Assembly: GCA_964016885.1 (NCBI GenBank)
Contig: OZ024740.1
Span: 413,416,001-413,480,000 of the forward strand
DNA: 64,000 bases
Direction of reading: 5' to 3'
Source of the DNA: Eledone cirrhosa
Taxonomy: Eukaryota
Position numbers and translations under genes: made by a program. Positions 42,451 through 56,900 of the stretch are shown here, piece by piece. How positions within the stretch are numbered: the stretch's first letter is position 1; each line of letters starts with the position of its first letter. The notes beneath the pieces were generated by a model. The model ran no database searches. It worked only from the letters and a program-made list of their open reading frames with translations, and was not told where the DNA came from.

Positions 42451-45269
42451 TGTTACTCTATATTATCAGTAAGTCATACAACTTCAGTCTCACTGTATAT
42501 TATCAGTAAGTGAAACAACTTCAGTGTTACTCTCTATTATCAGTAAGTGAAACAACTTCAGTCTTACTCTATATTATCAGTAAGTGAAACAACTTCAGTC
42601 TTACTCTATATTATCTGTAAGTGAAACAACTTCAGTGTGACTCTTATATTATCAGTAAGTGAAACAACTTCAGTCTTAGTCTATATTATCAGTAAATGAA
42701 ACAACTTCAGTGTTACTCTTATATTATCAGTAAGTGAAACAACTTCAGTCTTAGTCTATATTATCAGTAGGTGAAACAACTTCAGTGTTACTCTTATATT
42801 ATCAGCAGGTGAAACAACTTCATTCTTACTCTATAATATCAGTAAGTGAAACAACTTCTGTCGTACTCTATAATATCAGTAAGTGAAACAACTTCAGTCT
42901 TACTCTATATTATCAGTAAGAGAAACAACTTCAGTGTTATTCTATTTTATCAGTAAGTGAAACAACATCAGTGTTACTCTATATTATCAGTAAGTGAAAC
43001 AACTTCAGTCTTACTCTATTTTATCAGTAAGTCAAACAACTTCGGTCTTAATCTATATTATCAGGAAGTGAAACAATTTCAGTGTTACTCTATATAATCA
43101 GTAAGTGAAACAACTTCAGTCTTGCTTTGTATCAGTAAGTGAAACAACTTCAGCCTTACTCTATAATATCACTAAGTGAAACAACTTCAGCCTTACTCTA
43201 TATTATCAGTAAGTGAAACAACTTCAGTCTTGCTTTATATCAGTAAGTGAAACATCTTCAGCCTTACTCTATTTTATCAGTAAGTCAAACAACTTCAGTC
43301 TTAATCTATATTATCAGGAAGTGAAACAATTTCAGTGTTACTCTATATAATCAGTAAGTGAAACAACTTCAGTCTTACTCTATAATATCTGTAAGTGAAA
43401 CAACTTCAGTCTTACTCTATATTATCAGTAAGTGAAACAACTTCAGTGCTACTCTTATATTATCAGTAAGTGAAACAATTTCAGTCTTACTCTATATTAT
43501 CAGTAAGTGAAACAACTTCAGTCTTACTTAATATTATCACAAAGTGAAACAACTTCAGTCATACTCTATAATATCAGTAGGTGAAACAGCTTCAGTGTTA
43601 CTCTATATTATCAGTAAGTGAAACAACTTCAGTCTTACTCTATATTATCATTAAGTGAAACAACTTCAGTCTTACTCTATATTATCATTAAGTGAAACAA
43701 CTTCATTCTTACTTTATATTATCAGTAAGTGAAACAACTTCAGCCTTACTCTATATAATTAGAAAGTGAAACAAATTCAGTCTTACTCTATTTTATCAGT
43801 AAGTGAAGCAACTTCAGTCTTACTCTATATTATCAGTAAGTGAAACAAATTCAGTCTTACTCTATAATATCAGTAAGTGAAACAACTTCAGTCTTACTCT
43901 ATATTATCAGTAAGTGAAACAAATTCAGTCTTACTCTATAATATCAGTAAGTGACACAACTTCAGTCTTACTCTATAATAACAGTAAGTGAAACAACTTC
44001 ATGTTTACTCTATAATATCAGTAAGTGAAACAACTTCAGTCTTACTCTATAATATCAGTAAGTGAAACAACTTCAGTCTTACTCTATAATATCAGTAAGT
44101 GATACAATTTCAGTCTTACTCTATAATAACAGTAAGTGAAACAACTTCATGTTTACTCTATAATATCAGTAAGTGAAATAACTTCATGTTTACTCTATAA
44201 TATCAGTAAGTGAAACAACTTCAGTCATACTCTATAATATCAGTAAGTGAAACAACTTCATTCTTACTCTATAATATCAGTAATTGAAACAACTTCAGTC
44301 ATACTCTATAATATCAGTAAGTGATACAACTTCAGTCTTACTCTATAATATCAGAAAGTGAAACAACTTCAGTCTTACTCTATAATATCAGTAAGTCATA
44401 CAACTTCAGTCTCACTCTATATTATCAGTAAGTGAAACAACTTCAGTGTTACTCTATATTATCAGTAAGTGAACCAACTTCCGTCTTACTCCATAATATC
44501 AGTAAGTGAAACAACTTCAGTCTTACTTTATATTATCAGTAAGTGAAACAACTTCAGTGTTACTCTATTTTATCAGTAAGTCAAACAACTTCGGTCTTAA
44601 TCTATATTATCAGGAAGTGAAACAATTTCAGTGTTACTCTATATAATCAGTAAGTGAAACAACTTCAGTCTTGCTTTGTATCAGTAAGTGAAACAACTTC
44701 AGCCTTACTCTATAATATCACTAAGTGAAACAACTTCAGCCTTACTCTATATTATCAGTAAGTGAAACAACTTCAGTCTTGCTTTATATCAGTAAGTGAA
44801 ACATCTTCAGCCTTACTCTATTTTATCAGTAAGTCAAACAACTTCAGTCTTAATCTATATTATCAGGAAGTGAAACAATTTCAGTGTTACTCTATATAAT
44901 CAGTAAGTGAAACAACTTCAGTCTTACTCTATAATATCTGTAAGTGAAACAACTTCAGTCTTACTCTATATTATCAGTAAGTGAAACAACTTCAGTGCTA
45001 CTCTTATATTATCAGTAAGTGAAACAATTTCAGTCTTACTCTATATTATCAGTAAGTGAAACAACTTCAGTCTTACTTAATATTATCACAAAGTGAAACA
45101 ACTTCAGTCATACTCTATAATATCAGTAGGTGAAACAGCTTCAGTGTTACTCTATATTATCAGTAAGTGAAACAACTTCAGTGTTACTTTATATTATCAG
45201 TAAGTGAAACAACTTCAGTGTTACTCTATAATATCAGTAAGTGAAACGGCATCAGTGTTACATTATATT

Positions 45270-45478
45270 TGTTTCTACATTTAGGCACAAGGCCAGCAAT
45301 AACCCAGTACATTACTGGTACTATATTTTATCGACCCCGTAAGAATGAAAGGCAAAGTCAACCTCGGTGGGACTTGAACTCCATCGTAAAGTGACGTAAC
45401 AATGCTGGAAAGCATGGCGTCCGATCCTCTAACGATACTGCCAATCCACCACCTACCGATACTGCCAATCCACCGCAT
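45270..45478 (-). mobile_element. SINE copy 22 (B2)
   Basis: B diagnostics plus AAAGTGACG. Confidence 0.9.
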
Positions 45479-46528
45479 TGTTACTCTATATTATCAGTAA
45501 GTCATACAACTTCAGTCTCACTCTATATTATCAGTAAGTGAAACAGCTTCAGCGTTACTCTATATTATCAGTAAGTGAAACAACTTCAGTCTTACTCTAT
45601 AATATCAGTAGGTGAAACAGCTTCAGCGTTACTCTATATTATCAGTAAGTGAAACAACTTCAGTCTTACTCTATATTATAATTAAGTGAAAGAGCATCAG
45701 TCTTACTCTGTATTATCAGTAAGTGAAACAACTTCAGTCTTACTCTATATTATCATTAAGTGAAACAACTTCAGTCTTACTTTATATTATCAGTAAGTGA
45801 AACAAATTCAGCCTTACTCTATATAATTAGAAAGTGAAACAACTTCAGTCTTACTCTATAATATCAGTAAGTGATACAATTTCAGTCTTACTCTATAATA
45901 ACAGTAAGTGAAACAACTTCATGTTTACTCTATAATATCAGTGAGTGAAACAACTTCAGTCTTACAATATAATATCAGTAAGTGAAACAACTTCAGTCTT
46001 GCTCTATATTATCAGTAAGTGAAACAACTTCATGTTTACTCTATAATATCATTAAGTGAAACAACTTCGGTCTTACTCTATATTATCAGTAAGTGAAACT
46101 ACTTCAGTCTTACTATATATTAACAGTAAATGAAACAACTTCAGTCTTACTCTATAATATCAGTGAGTGCAACAACTTCAGTCTTACTCTATATTATCAG
46201 AAAGTGAAACAACTTCAGTCTTACTCAATATTATCAGTAAGTGAAACAACTTCAGTCTTACTCAATATTATCAGTACGTGTAACAATTTCAGTCTTACTC
46301 TATAATATCAGTGAGTGAAACAACTTCAGTCTTACTCAATAATATCAGTGAGTGAAACAACTTCAGTCTTACTCAATATTATCAGTAAGTGAAACAACTT
46401 CAGTCTTACTCAATATTATCAGTACGTGTAACAACTTCAGCCTAACTTTATATTATCAGTAAATGAAACAACTTCAGTCTTACTCTGTAATATCAGTAAG
46501 TGAAACAGCATCAGTGTTACTCTATATT

Positions 46529-46737
46529 TGTTTCTACTTTTAGGCACAAGGCCAGCAATAACCCAGTACATTACTGGTACTTTATTTTATCGACCCCGTA
46601 AGAATGAAAGGCAAAGTCAACCTCGGCGGGACTTGAACTCCATCGTAAAGGGACGTAACAAAGCTGGAAAGCATGGCGTCCGATCCTCTAACGATACTGT
46701 CAATCCACCACCTACCTATACTGCCAATCCACCGCCT
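46529..46737 (-). mobile_element. SINE copy 23 (A1-related)
   Basis: TGTCAAT and CCTATAC, but CCTCTAAC. Confidence 0.9.
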
Positions 46738-49041
46738 TGTTACTCTATATTATCAGTAAGTCATACAACTTCAGTCTCACTCTATATTATCAGTAAGTGA
46801 AACAACTTCAGTCTTACTCTATATTATCAGTAAGTGAAACAACTTCAGTCTTGTTTTATATCAGTAAGTGAAACAACTTCAGCCTTACTCTATAATATCA
46901 GTAAGTGAAACAACTTCAGCCTTACTCTATATTATCAGTAAGTGAAACAACTTCAGTCTTGTTTTATATCAGTAAGTGAAACAACTTCAGCCTTACTCTA
47001 TATTATCAGTAAGTGAAACAACTTCAGTCTTACTCTATTTTATCAGTAAGTCAAACAACTTCAGTCTTAATCTATATTATCAGGAAGTGAAACAATTTCA
47101 GTCTTACTCTATATTATCAGTAAGTGAAACAACTTCAGTCTTACTCTATAATATCTGTAAGTGAAACAACTTCAGTCTTACTCTATATTATCAGTAAGTG
47201 AAACAACTTCAGTGTTACTCTTATATTATCAGTAAGTGAAACAATTTCAGTCTTACTCTATATTATCAGTAAGTGAAACAACTTCAGTCTTACTCTATAT
47301 TATCAGTAAGTGAAACAACTTCAGTGTTACTCTTATATTATCAGGAAGTGAAACAATTTCAGTCTTACTCTATATTATCAGTAAGTGAAACAACTTCAGT
47401 CTTACTCTATAATATCAGTAAGTGAAACAATTTCAGTCTTACTCTATATTATCAGTAAGTGAAACAACTTCAGTCTTACTTAATAATATCACAAAGTGAA
47501 ACAACTTCAGTCATACTCTATAATATCAGTAGGTGAAACAGCTTCAGTGTTACTCTATATTATCAGTAAGTGAAACAACTTCAGTCTTACTCTATATTAT
47601 CATTAAGTGAAACAGCATCAGTCTTACTCTGTATTATCAGTAGGTGAAACAACTTCAGTCTTACTCTATATTATCAGTAAGTGAAACAACTTCAGCCTTA
47701 CTCTATATAATTAGAAAGTGAAACAAATTCAGTCTTACTCTATTTTATCAGTAAGTGAAGCAACTTCAGTCTTACTCTATATTATCAGTAAGTGAAACAA
47801 ATTCAGTCTTACTCTATAATATCAGTAAGTGACACAACTTCAGTCTTACTCTATAATAACAGTAAGTGAAACAACTTCATGTTTACTCTATAATATCAGT
47901 GAGTGAAACAACTTCAGTCTTACTCTATAATATCAGTAAGTGAAACAACTTCAGTCTTACTCTATAATATCAGTAAGTGATACAATTTCAGTCTTACTCT
48001 ATAATAACAGTAAGTGAAACAACTTCATGTTTACTCTATAATATCAGTGAGTGAAACAACTTCAGTCTTACTCTATAATATCAGTGAGTGAAACAACTTC
48101 AGTCTTACTCTATAATATCATTAAGTGAAACAACTTCGGTCTTACTCTATATTATCAGTAAGTGAAACTACTTCAGTCTTACTATATATTAACAGTAAAT
48201 GAAACAACTTCAGTCTTACTCTATAATATCAGTGAGTGCAACAACTTCAGTCTTACTCTATATTATCAGAAAGTGAAACAACTTCAGTCTTACTCAATAT
48301 TATCAGTAAGTGAAACAACTTCAGTCTTACTCAATATTATCAGTACGTGTAACAATTTCAGTCTTACTCTATAATATCAGTGAGTGAAACAACTTCAGTC
48401 TTACTCAATAATATCAGTGAGTGAAACAACTTCAGTCTTACTCAATATTATCAGTAAGTGAAACAACTTCAGTCTTACTCAATATTATCAGTACGTGTAA
48501 CAACTTCAGCCTAACATTATATTATCAGTAAATGAAACGACTTCCGTCTTACTCTATATTATCAGTAAGTGAAACAACTTCAGTCTTACTCTGTAATATC
48601 AGTAAGTGAAACAACTTCAGGCATACTCTATAATATCAGTAAGTGAAACAGCTTCAGTGTTACTCTATATTATCAGAAAGTGAAACAACTTCAGGCATAC
48701 TCTATAATATCAGTAAGTGAAACAGCTTCAGTGTTACTCTATATTATCAGAAAGTGAAACAACTTCAGTCATACTCTATAATATCAGTAAGTGAAACAGC
48801 TTCAGTGTTACTCTATATTATCAGAAAGTGAAACAACTTCAGTGTTACTCTATAATATCAGAAAGTGAAACAGCTTCAGTGTTACTCTATATTATCAGTA
48901 AGTGAAACAACTTCAGTGTTACTCTATAATATCAGTAAGTGAAACAACTTCAGACTTACTCTATATTATCAGTAAGTGAAACAACTTCAGTCTTACTCTG
49001 TAATATCAGTAAGTGAAACAGCATCAGTGTTACTCTATATT

Positions 49042-49250
49042 TGTTTCTACTTTTAGGCACAAGGCCAGCAATAACCCAGTACATTACTGGTACTTTATTT
49101 TATCGACCCCGTAAGAATGAAAGGCAAAGTCAACCTCGGCGGGACTTGAACTCCATCGTAAAGGGACGTAACAAAGCTGGAAAGCATGGCGTCCGATCCT
49201 CTAACGATACTGCCAATCCACCACCTACCTATACTGCCAATTCACCGCCT
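49042..49250 (-). mobile_element. SINE copy 24 (A)
   Basis: CCTATAC; private GCCAATTCACC; 2513 bp after copy 23 with a similar right flank. Confidence 0.9.
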
Positions 49251-50332
49251 TGTTACTCTATATTATCAGTAAGTCATACAACTTCAGTCTCACTCTATAT
49301 TATCAGTAAGTGAAACAACTTCAGTCTTACTCTATATTATGAGTAAGTGAAACAACTTCAGTCTTGTTTTATATCAGTAAGTGAAACAACTTCAGCCTTA
49401 CTCTATAATATCAGTAAGTGAAACAACTTCAGCCTTACTCTATATTATCAGTAAGTGAAACAACTTCAGTCTTGTTTTATATCAGTAAGTGAAACAACTT
49501 CAGCCTTACTCTATATTATCAGTAAGTGAAACAACTTCAGTCTTACTCTATTTTATCAGTAAGTCAAACAACTTCAGTCTTAATCTATATTATCAGGAAG
49601 TGAAACAATTTCAGTCTTACTCTATATTATCAGTAAGTGAAACAACTTCAGTCTTACTCTATAATATCTGTAAGTGAAACAACTTCAGTCTTACTCTATA
49701 TTATCAGTAAGTGAAACAACTTCAGTGTTACTCTTATATTATCATTAAGTGAAACAATTTCAGTCTTACTCTATATTATCAGTAAGTGAAACAACTTCAG
49801 TCTTACTTAATAATATCACAAAGTGAAACAACTTCAGTCATACTCTATAATATCAGTAGGTGAAACAGCTTCAGTGTTACTCTATATTATCAGTAAGTGA
49901 AACAACTTCAGTCTTACTCTATATTATCATTAAGTGAAACAGCATCAGTCTTACTCTGTATTATCAGTAGGTGAAACAACTTCAGTCTTACTCTATATTA
50001 TCATTAAGTGAAACAACTTCAGTCTTACTCTATATTATCATTAAGTGAAACAACTTCAGTCTTACTTTATATTATCAGTAAGTGAAACAACTTCAGCCTT
50101 ACTCTATATAATTAGAAAGTGAAACAACTTCAGTCTTACTCTATTTTATCAGTAAGTGAAGCAACTTCAGTCTTACTCTATATTATCAGTAAGTGAAACA
50201 AATTCAGTCTTACTCTATAATATCAGTAAGTGAAACAACTTCAGTCTTACTCTATATTATCAGTAAGTGAAACAACTTCAGTCTTACTCTGTAATATCAG
50301 TAAGTGAAACAGCATCAGTGTTACTCTATATT

Positions 50333-50541
50333 TGTTTCTACTTTTAGGCACAAGGCCAGCAATAACCCAGTACATTACTGGTACTTTATTTTATCGACCC
50401 CGTAAAAATGAAACGCAAAGTCAACCTCGGCGGGACTTGAACTCCATCGTAAAGGGACGTAACAAAGCTGGAAAGCATGGCGTCCGATCCTCTAACGATA
50501 CTGTCAATCCACCACCTACCTATACTGCCAATCCACCGCCT
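50333..50541 (-). mobile_element. SINE copy 25 (A1-related)
   Basis: Private CGTAAAAATGAAACG. Confidence 0.9.
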
Positions 50542-51845
50542 TGTTACTCTATATTATCAGTAAGTCATACAACTTCAGTCTCACTCTATATTATCAGTAA
50601 GTGAAACAACTTCTGTCTTACTCTATATTATCAGTAAGTGAAACAACTTCAGTCATACTCTATATTATCAGTAAGTGAAACAACTTCAGACTTACTCTTA
50701 TAATATCAGTAAGTGAAACAACTTCAGTCTTGCTTTATATCAGTAAGTGAAACAACTTCAGCCTTACTCTATAATATCAGTAAGTGAAACAACTTCAGCC
50801 TTACTCTATATTATCAGTAAGTGAAACAACTTCAGTCTTGTTTTATATCAGTAAGTGAAACAACTTCAGCCTTACTCTATATTATCAGTAAGTGAAACAA
50901 CTTCAGTCTTACTCTATTTTATCAGTAAGTCAAACAACTTCAGTCTTAATCTATATTATCAGTAAGTGAAACAACTTCAGTCTTACTCTATAATATCTGT
51001 AAGTGAAACAACTTCAGTCTTACTCTATATTATCAGTAAGTGAAACAACTTCAGTCTTACTTAATATTATCACAAAGTGAAACAACTTCAGTCATACTCT
51101 ATAATATCAGTAGGTGAAACAGCTTCAGTGTTACTCTATATTATCAGTAAGTGAAACAACTTCAGTCTTACTCTATATTATCATTAAGTGAAACAGCATC
51201 AGTCTTACTCTGTATTATCAGTAGGTGAAACAACTTCAGTCTTACTCTATATTATCATTAAATGAAACAACTTCAGTCTTACTCTATATTATCATTAAGT
51301 GAAACAACTTCAGTCTTACTTTATATTATCAGTAAGTGAAACAACTTCAGCCTTACTCTATATAATTAGAAAGTGAAACAACTTCAGTCTTACTCTATTT
51401 TATCAGTAAGTGAAGCAACTTCAGTCTTACTCTATATTATCAGTAAGTGAAACAAATTCAGTCTTACTCTATAATATCAGTAAGTGAAACAACTTCATGT
51501 TTACTCTATAATATCAGTAAGTGAAACAACTTCAGTCATACTCTATAATATCAGTAAGTGAAACAACTTCAGTCTTACACTATAATATCAGTAAGTGAAA
51601 CAACTTCAGTCATACTCTATAATATCAGTAAGTGATACAACTTCAGTCTTACTCTATAATATCAGTAAGTCATACAACTTCATTCTCACTCTATATTATC
51701 AGTAAGTGAAACAACTTCAGTCTTACTCTATATTATCAGTAAGTGAAACAACTTCAGTCTTACTCTATATTATCAGTAAGTGAAACAACTTCAGTGTTAC
51801 TCTATAATATCAGTAAGTGAAACAGTATCAGTGTTACATTATATT

Positions 51846-52030
51846 TGTTTCTACTTTTAGGCACAAGGCCAGCAATAACCCAGTACATTACTGGTACTAT
51901 ATTTTATCGACCCCGTAAGAATGAAAGGCAAAGTCAACTTCGGTGGGACTTGAACTCCATCGTAAAGGGACGTAACAATGCTGGAAAGCATGGCGTCCGA
52001 TCCTCTAACGATACTGCCAATCCACCGCAT
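51846..52030 (-). mobile_element. SINE copy 26 (B-like, 185 bp, single A box)
   Basis: Lacks the 24-bp duplication. Has most B diagnostics but A-type CTACTTTTAGG. Confidence 0.9.
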
Positions 52031-53265
52031 TGTTACTCCATATTATCAGTAAGTCATACAGCTTCAGTCTTACTCTATATTATCAGTAAGTGAAACAACT
52101 TCAGTCATACTTAATATTATCATTAAGTGAAACAACTTCAGTCTTACTCTATAATATCAGTAGGTGAAACAGCTTCAGCGTTACTCTATATTATCAGTAA
52201 GTGAAACAACTTCAGTCTTACTCTATATTATCATTAAGTGAAACAAATTCAGTCTTACTCTATAATATCAGTAAGTGATACAATTTCAGTCTTACTCTAT
52301 AATAACAGTAAGTGAAACAACTTCATGTTTACTCTATAATATCAGTAAGTGAAATAACTTCAGTCTTACTCTATATTATCATTAAGTGAAACAACTTCAG
52401 TCTTACTCTATAATATCTGTAAGTGAAACAACTTCAGTCTTACTCTATAATATCAGTAAGTGATACAATTTCAGTCTCATTCTATAATAACAGTAAGTGA
52501 AACAACTTCATGTTTACTCTATAATATCAGTAAGTGAAACAACTTCTATCTTACTCTATAATATCAGTAAGTGAAACAACTTCATGTTTACTCTATAATA
52601 TCAGTAAGTGAAACAACTTCAGCCTTACTCTATATTATCAGTAAGTGAAACTACTTCAGTCTTACTCTATATTAACAGTAAATGAAACAACTTCAGTCTT
52701 ACTCTATAATATCAGTGAGTGAAACAACTTCAGTCTTACTCTATATTATCAGAAAGTGAAACAACTTCAGTCTTACTCAATATTATCAGTAAGTGAAACA
52801 ACTTCAGTCTTACTCAATATTATCAGTACGTGTAACAACTTCAGTCTTACTCTATAATATCAGTGAGTGAAACAACTTCAGTCTTACTCTATAATATCAG
52901 TGAGTGAAACAACTTCAGTCTTACTCAATATTATCAGTACGTGTAACAACTTCACCCTTACTCTATATTATCAGTAAGTGAAACGACTTCCGTCTTACTC
53001 TATATTATCAGTAAGTGAAACAACTTCAGTCTTACTCTGTAATATCAGAAAGTGAAACAACTTCAGTCATACTCTATAATATCAGTAAGTGAAACAGCTT
53101 CAGTGTTACTCTATATTATCAGAAAGTGAAACAACTTCAGTCATACTCTATAATATCAGTAAGTGAAACAGCTTCAGTGTTACTCTATATTATCAGTAAG
53201 TGAAACAACTTCAGTCTTGCTCTTTAATATCAGTAAGTGAAACAGCATCAGTGTTACTCTATATT

Positions 53266-53474
53266 TGTTTCTACTTTTAGGCACAAGGCCAGCAATAACC
53301 CAGTACATTACTGGTACTTTATTTTATCGACCCCGTAAGAATGAAAGGCAAAGTCAACCTCGGCGGGACTTGAACTCCATCGTAAAGGGACGTAACAAAG
53401 CTGGAAAGCATGGCGTCCAATCCTCTAACGATACTGCCAATGCACCACCTACCTATACTGCCAATCCACCGCCT
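53266..53474 (-). mobile_element. SINE copy 27 (A, distal type)
   Basis: GTCCAATCC and CCTATAC. Confidence 0.9.
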
Positions 53475-53949
53475 TGTTACTCTATATTATCAGTAAGTCA
53501 TACAACTTCAGTCTCACTCTATATTATCAGTAAGTGAAACAACTTCAGTCTGACTCTATATTATCAGTAAGTGAAACAACTTCAGTCTTACTCTATATTA
53601 TCAGTAAGTGAAACAACTTCAGTCATACTCTATATTATCAGTAAGTGAAACAACTTCAGACTTACACTTATAATATCAGTAAGTGAAACAACTTCAGTCT
53701 TGCTTTATATCAGTAAGTGAAACAACTTCAGCCTTACTCTATAATATCAGTAAGTGAAACAACTTCAGCCTTACTCTATATTATCAGTAAGTGAAACAAC
53801 TTCAGTCTTGCTTTATATCAGTAAGTGAAACAACTTCAGCCTTACTCTATAATATCAGTAAGTGAAACAACTTCAGCCTTACTCTATATTATCAGTAAGT
53901 GAAACAACTTCAGTCTTGCTTTATATCAGTAAGTGAAACAACTTCAGCC

Positions 53950-56900
53950 TTACTCTATATTATCATTAAGTGAAAAAGCATCAGTCTTACTCTATATTAT
54001 CAGAAAGTGAAACAACTTCAGTCTTACTCTATAATATCAGTAAGTGAAACAACTTCTGTCGTACTCTATAATATCAGTAAGTGAAACAACTTCAGTGTTA
54101 CTCTATTTTATCAGTAAGTGAAACAACTTCAGTCTTACTCTATTTTATCAGTAAGTCAAACAACTTCAGTCTTAATCTATATTATCAGGAAGTGAAACAA
54201 TTTCAGTCTTACCCTTATAATATCAGTAAGTGACACAACTTCAGTCTTGTTTGATATCAGTAAGTGAAACAACTTCAGCCTTACTCTATATTATCAGTAA
54301 GTGAAACAATTCAGTCTTACTTTATAATATCAGAAAGTGAAACAACTTCAGTCATACTCTATTATATCAATAGGTGAAACAGCTTCAGTGTTACTCTATA
54401 TTATCTGTAAGTGAAACAACTTCAGTCTTACTCTATAATATCAGTAAGTGAAACAACTTCATCTTACTCTATATTATCTGTAAGTGAAACAACTTCAGTC
54501 TTACTCTATATTATCAGTAAGTGAAACAACTTCAGTCTTACTCTATATTATCAGTAAGTGAAACAACTTCAGTGTTACTCTTATATTATCAGTAAGTGAA
54601 ACAAATTCAGTCTTACTTTATATTATCAGAAAGTGAAACAACTTCAGTCATACTCTATAATATCAGTAAGTGAAACAACTTCAGTCATACTCTATAATAT
54701 CAGTATGTGAAACAGCTTCAGTGTTACTCGATATTATCAGTAAGTGAAACAACTTCAGTCTTACTCTATATTATCATTAAGTGAAAAAGCATCAGTCTTA
54801 CTCTATATTATCAGAAAGTGAAACAACTTCAGTCTTACTCTATAATATCAGTAAGTGAAACAACTTCTGTCGTACTCTATAATATCAGTAAGTGAAACAA
54901 CTTCAGTGTTACTCTATTTTATCAGTAAGTGAAACAACTTCAGTCTTACTCTATTTTATCAGTAAGTCAAACAACTTCAGTCTTAATCTATATTATCAGG
55001 AAGTGAAACAATTTCAGTCTTACCCTTATAATATCAGTAAGTGACACAACTTCAGTCTTGTTTGATATCAGTAAGTGAAACAACTTCAGCCTTACTCTAT
55101 ATTATCAGTAAGTGAAACAACTTCTGTCTTACTCTATAATATCTGTAAGTGAAACAGCTTCAGTGTTACTCTTATATTATCAGTAACTGAAACAACTTCA
55201 GTCTTGTTTGATATCAGTAAGTGAAACAACTTCAGTCTTACTCAATATTATCAGTACGTGTAACAACTTCACCCTTGCTCTATATTATCAGTAAGTGAAA
55301 CAACTTCAGTCTTGCTTTATATCAGTAAGTGAAACAACTTCAGCCTTACTCTATAATATCAGTAAGTGAAACAACTTCAGCCTTACTCTATAATATCAGT
55401 AAGTGAAACAACTTCAGGGTTACTCTTATATTATCAGTAAGTGAAACAATTCAGTCTTACTTTATAATATCAGTAAGTGAAACAACTTCAGTCATACTCT
55501 ATAATATCAGTATGTGAAAAAGCTTCACTGTTACTCTATATTATCAGAAAGTGAAACAACTTCAGTCATACTCTATTATATCAATAGGTGAAACAGCTTC
55601 AGTGTTACTCTATATTATCTGTAAGTGAAACAACTTCAGTCTTACTCTATAATATCAGTAAGTGAAACAACTTCATCTTACTCTATATTATCTGTAAGTG
55701 AAACAACTTCAGTCTTACTCTATATTATCAGTAAGTGAAACAACTTCAGTCTTACTCTATATTATCAGTAAGTGAAACAACTTCAGTGTTACTCTTATAT
55801 TATCAGTAAGTGAAACAAATTCAGTCTTACTTTATATTATCAGAAAGTGAAACAACTTCAGTCATACTCTATAATATCAGTAAGTGAAACAACTTCAGTC
55901 ATACTCTATAATATCAGTATGTGAAACAGCTTCAGTGTTACTCGATATTATCAGTAAGTGAAACAACTTCAGTCTTACTCTATATTATCATTAAGTGAAA
56001 AAGCATCAGTCTTACTCTATATTATCAGAAAGTGAAACAACTTCAGTCTTACTCTATAATATCAGTAAGTGAAACAACTTCTGTCGTACTCTATAATATC
56101 AGTAAGTGAAACAACTTCAGTGTTACTCTATTTTATCAGTAAGTGAAACAACTTCAGTCTTACTCTATTTTATCAGTAAGTCAAACAACTTCAGTCTTAA
56201 TCTATATTATCAGGAAGTGAAACAATTTCAGTCTTACCCTTATAATATCAGTAAGTGACACAACTTCAGTCTTGTTTGATATCAGTAAGTGAAACAACTT
56301 CAGCCTTACTCTATATTATCAGTAAGTGAAACAACTTCTGTCTTACTCTATAATATCTGTAAGTGAAACAGCTTCAGTGTTACTCTTATATTATCAGTAA
56401 CTGAAACAACTTCAGTCTTGTTTGATATCAGTAAGTGAAACAACTTCAGTCTTACTCAATATTATCAGTACGTGTAACAACTTCACCCTTGCTCTATATT
56501 ATCAGTAAGTGAAACAACTTCAGTCTTGCTTTATATCAGTAAGTGAAACAACTTCAGCCTTACTCTATAATATCAGTAAGTGAAACAACTTCAGCCTTAC
56601 TCTATAATATCAGTAAGTGAAACAACTTCAGGGTTACTCTTATATTATCAGTAAGTGAAACAATTCAGTCTTACTTTATAATATCAGTAAGTGAAACAAC
56701 TTCAGTCATACTCTATAATATCAGTATGTGAAAAAGCTTCACTGTTACTCTATATTATCAGAAAGTGAAACAACTTCAGTCATACTCTATTATATCAATA
56801 GGTGAAACAGCTTCAGTGTTACTCTATATTATCTGTAAGTGAAACAACTTCAGTCTTACTCTATAATATCAGTAAGTGAAACAACTTCATCTTACTCTAT

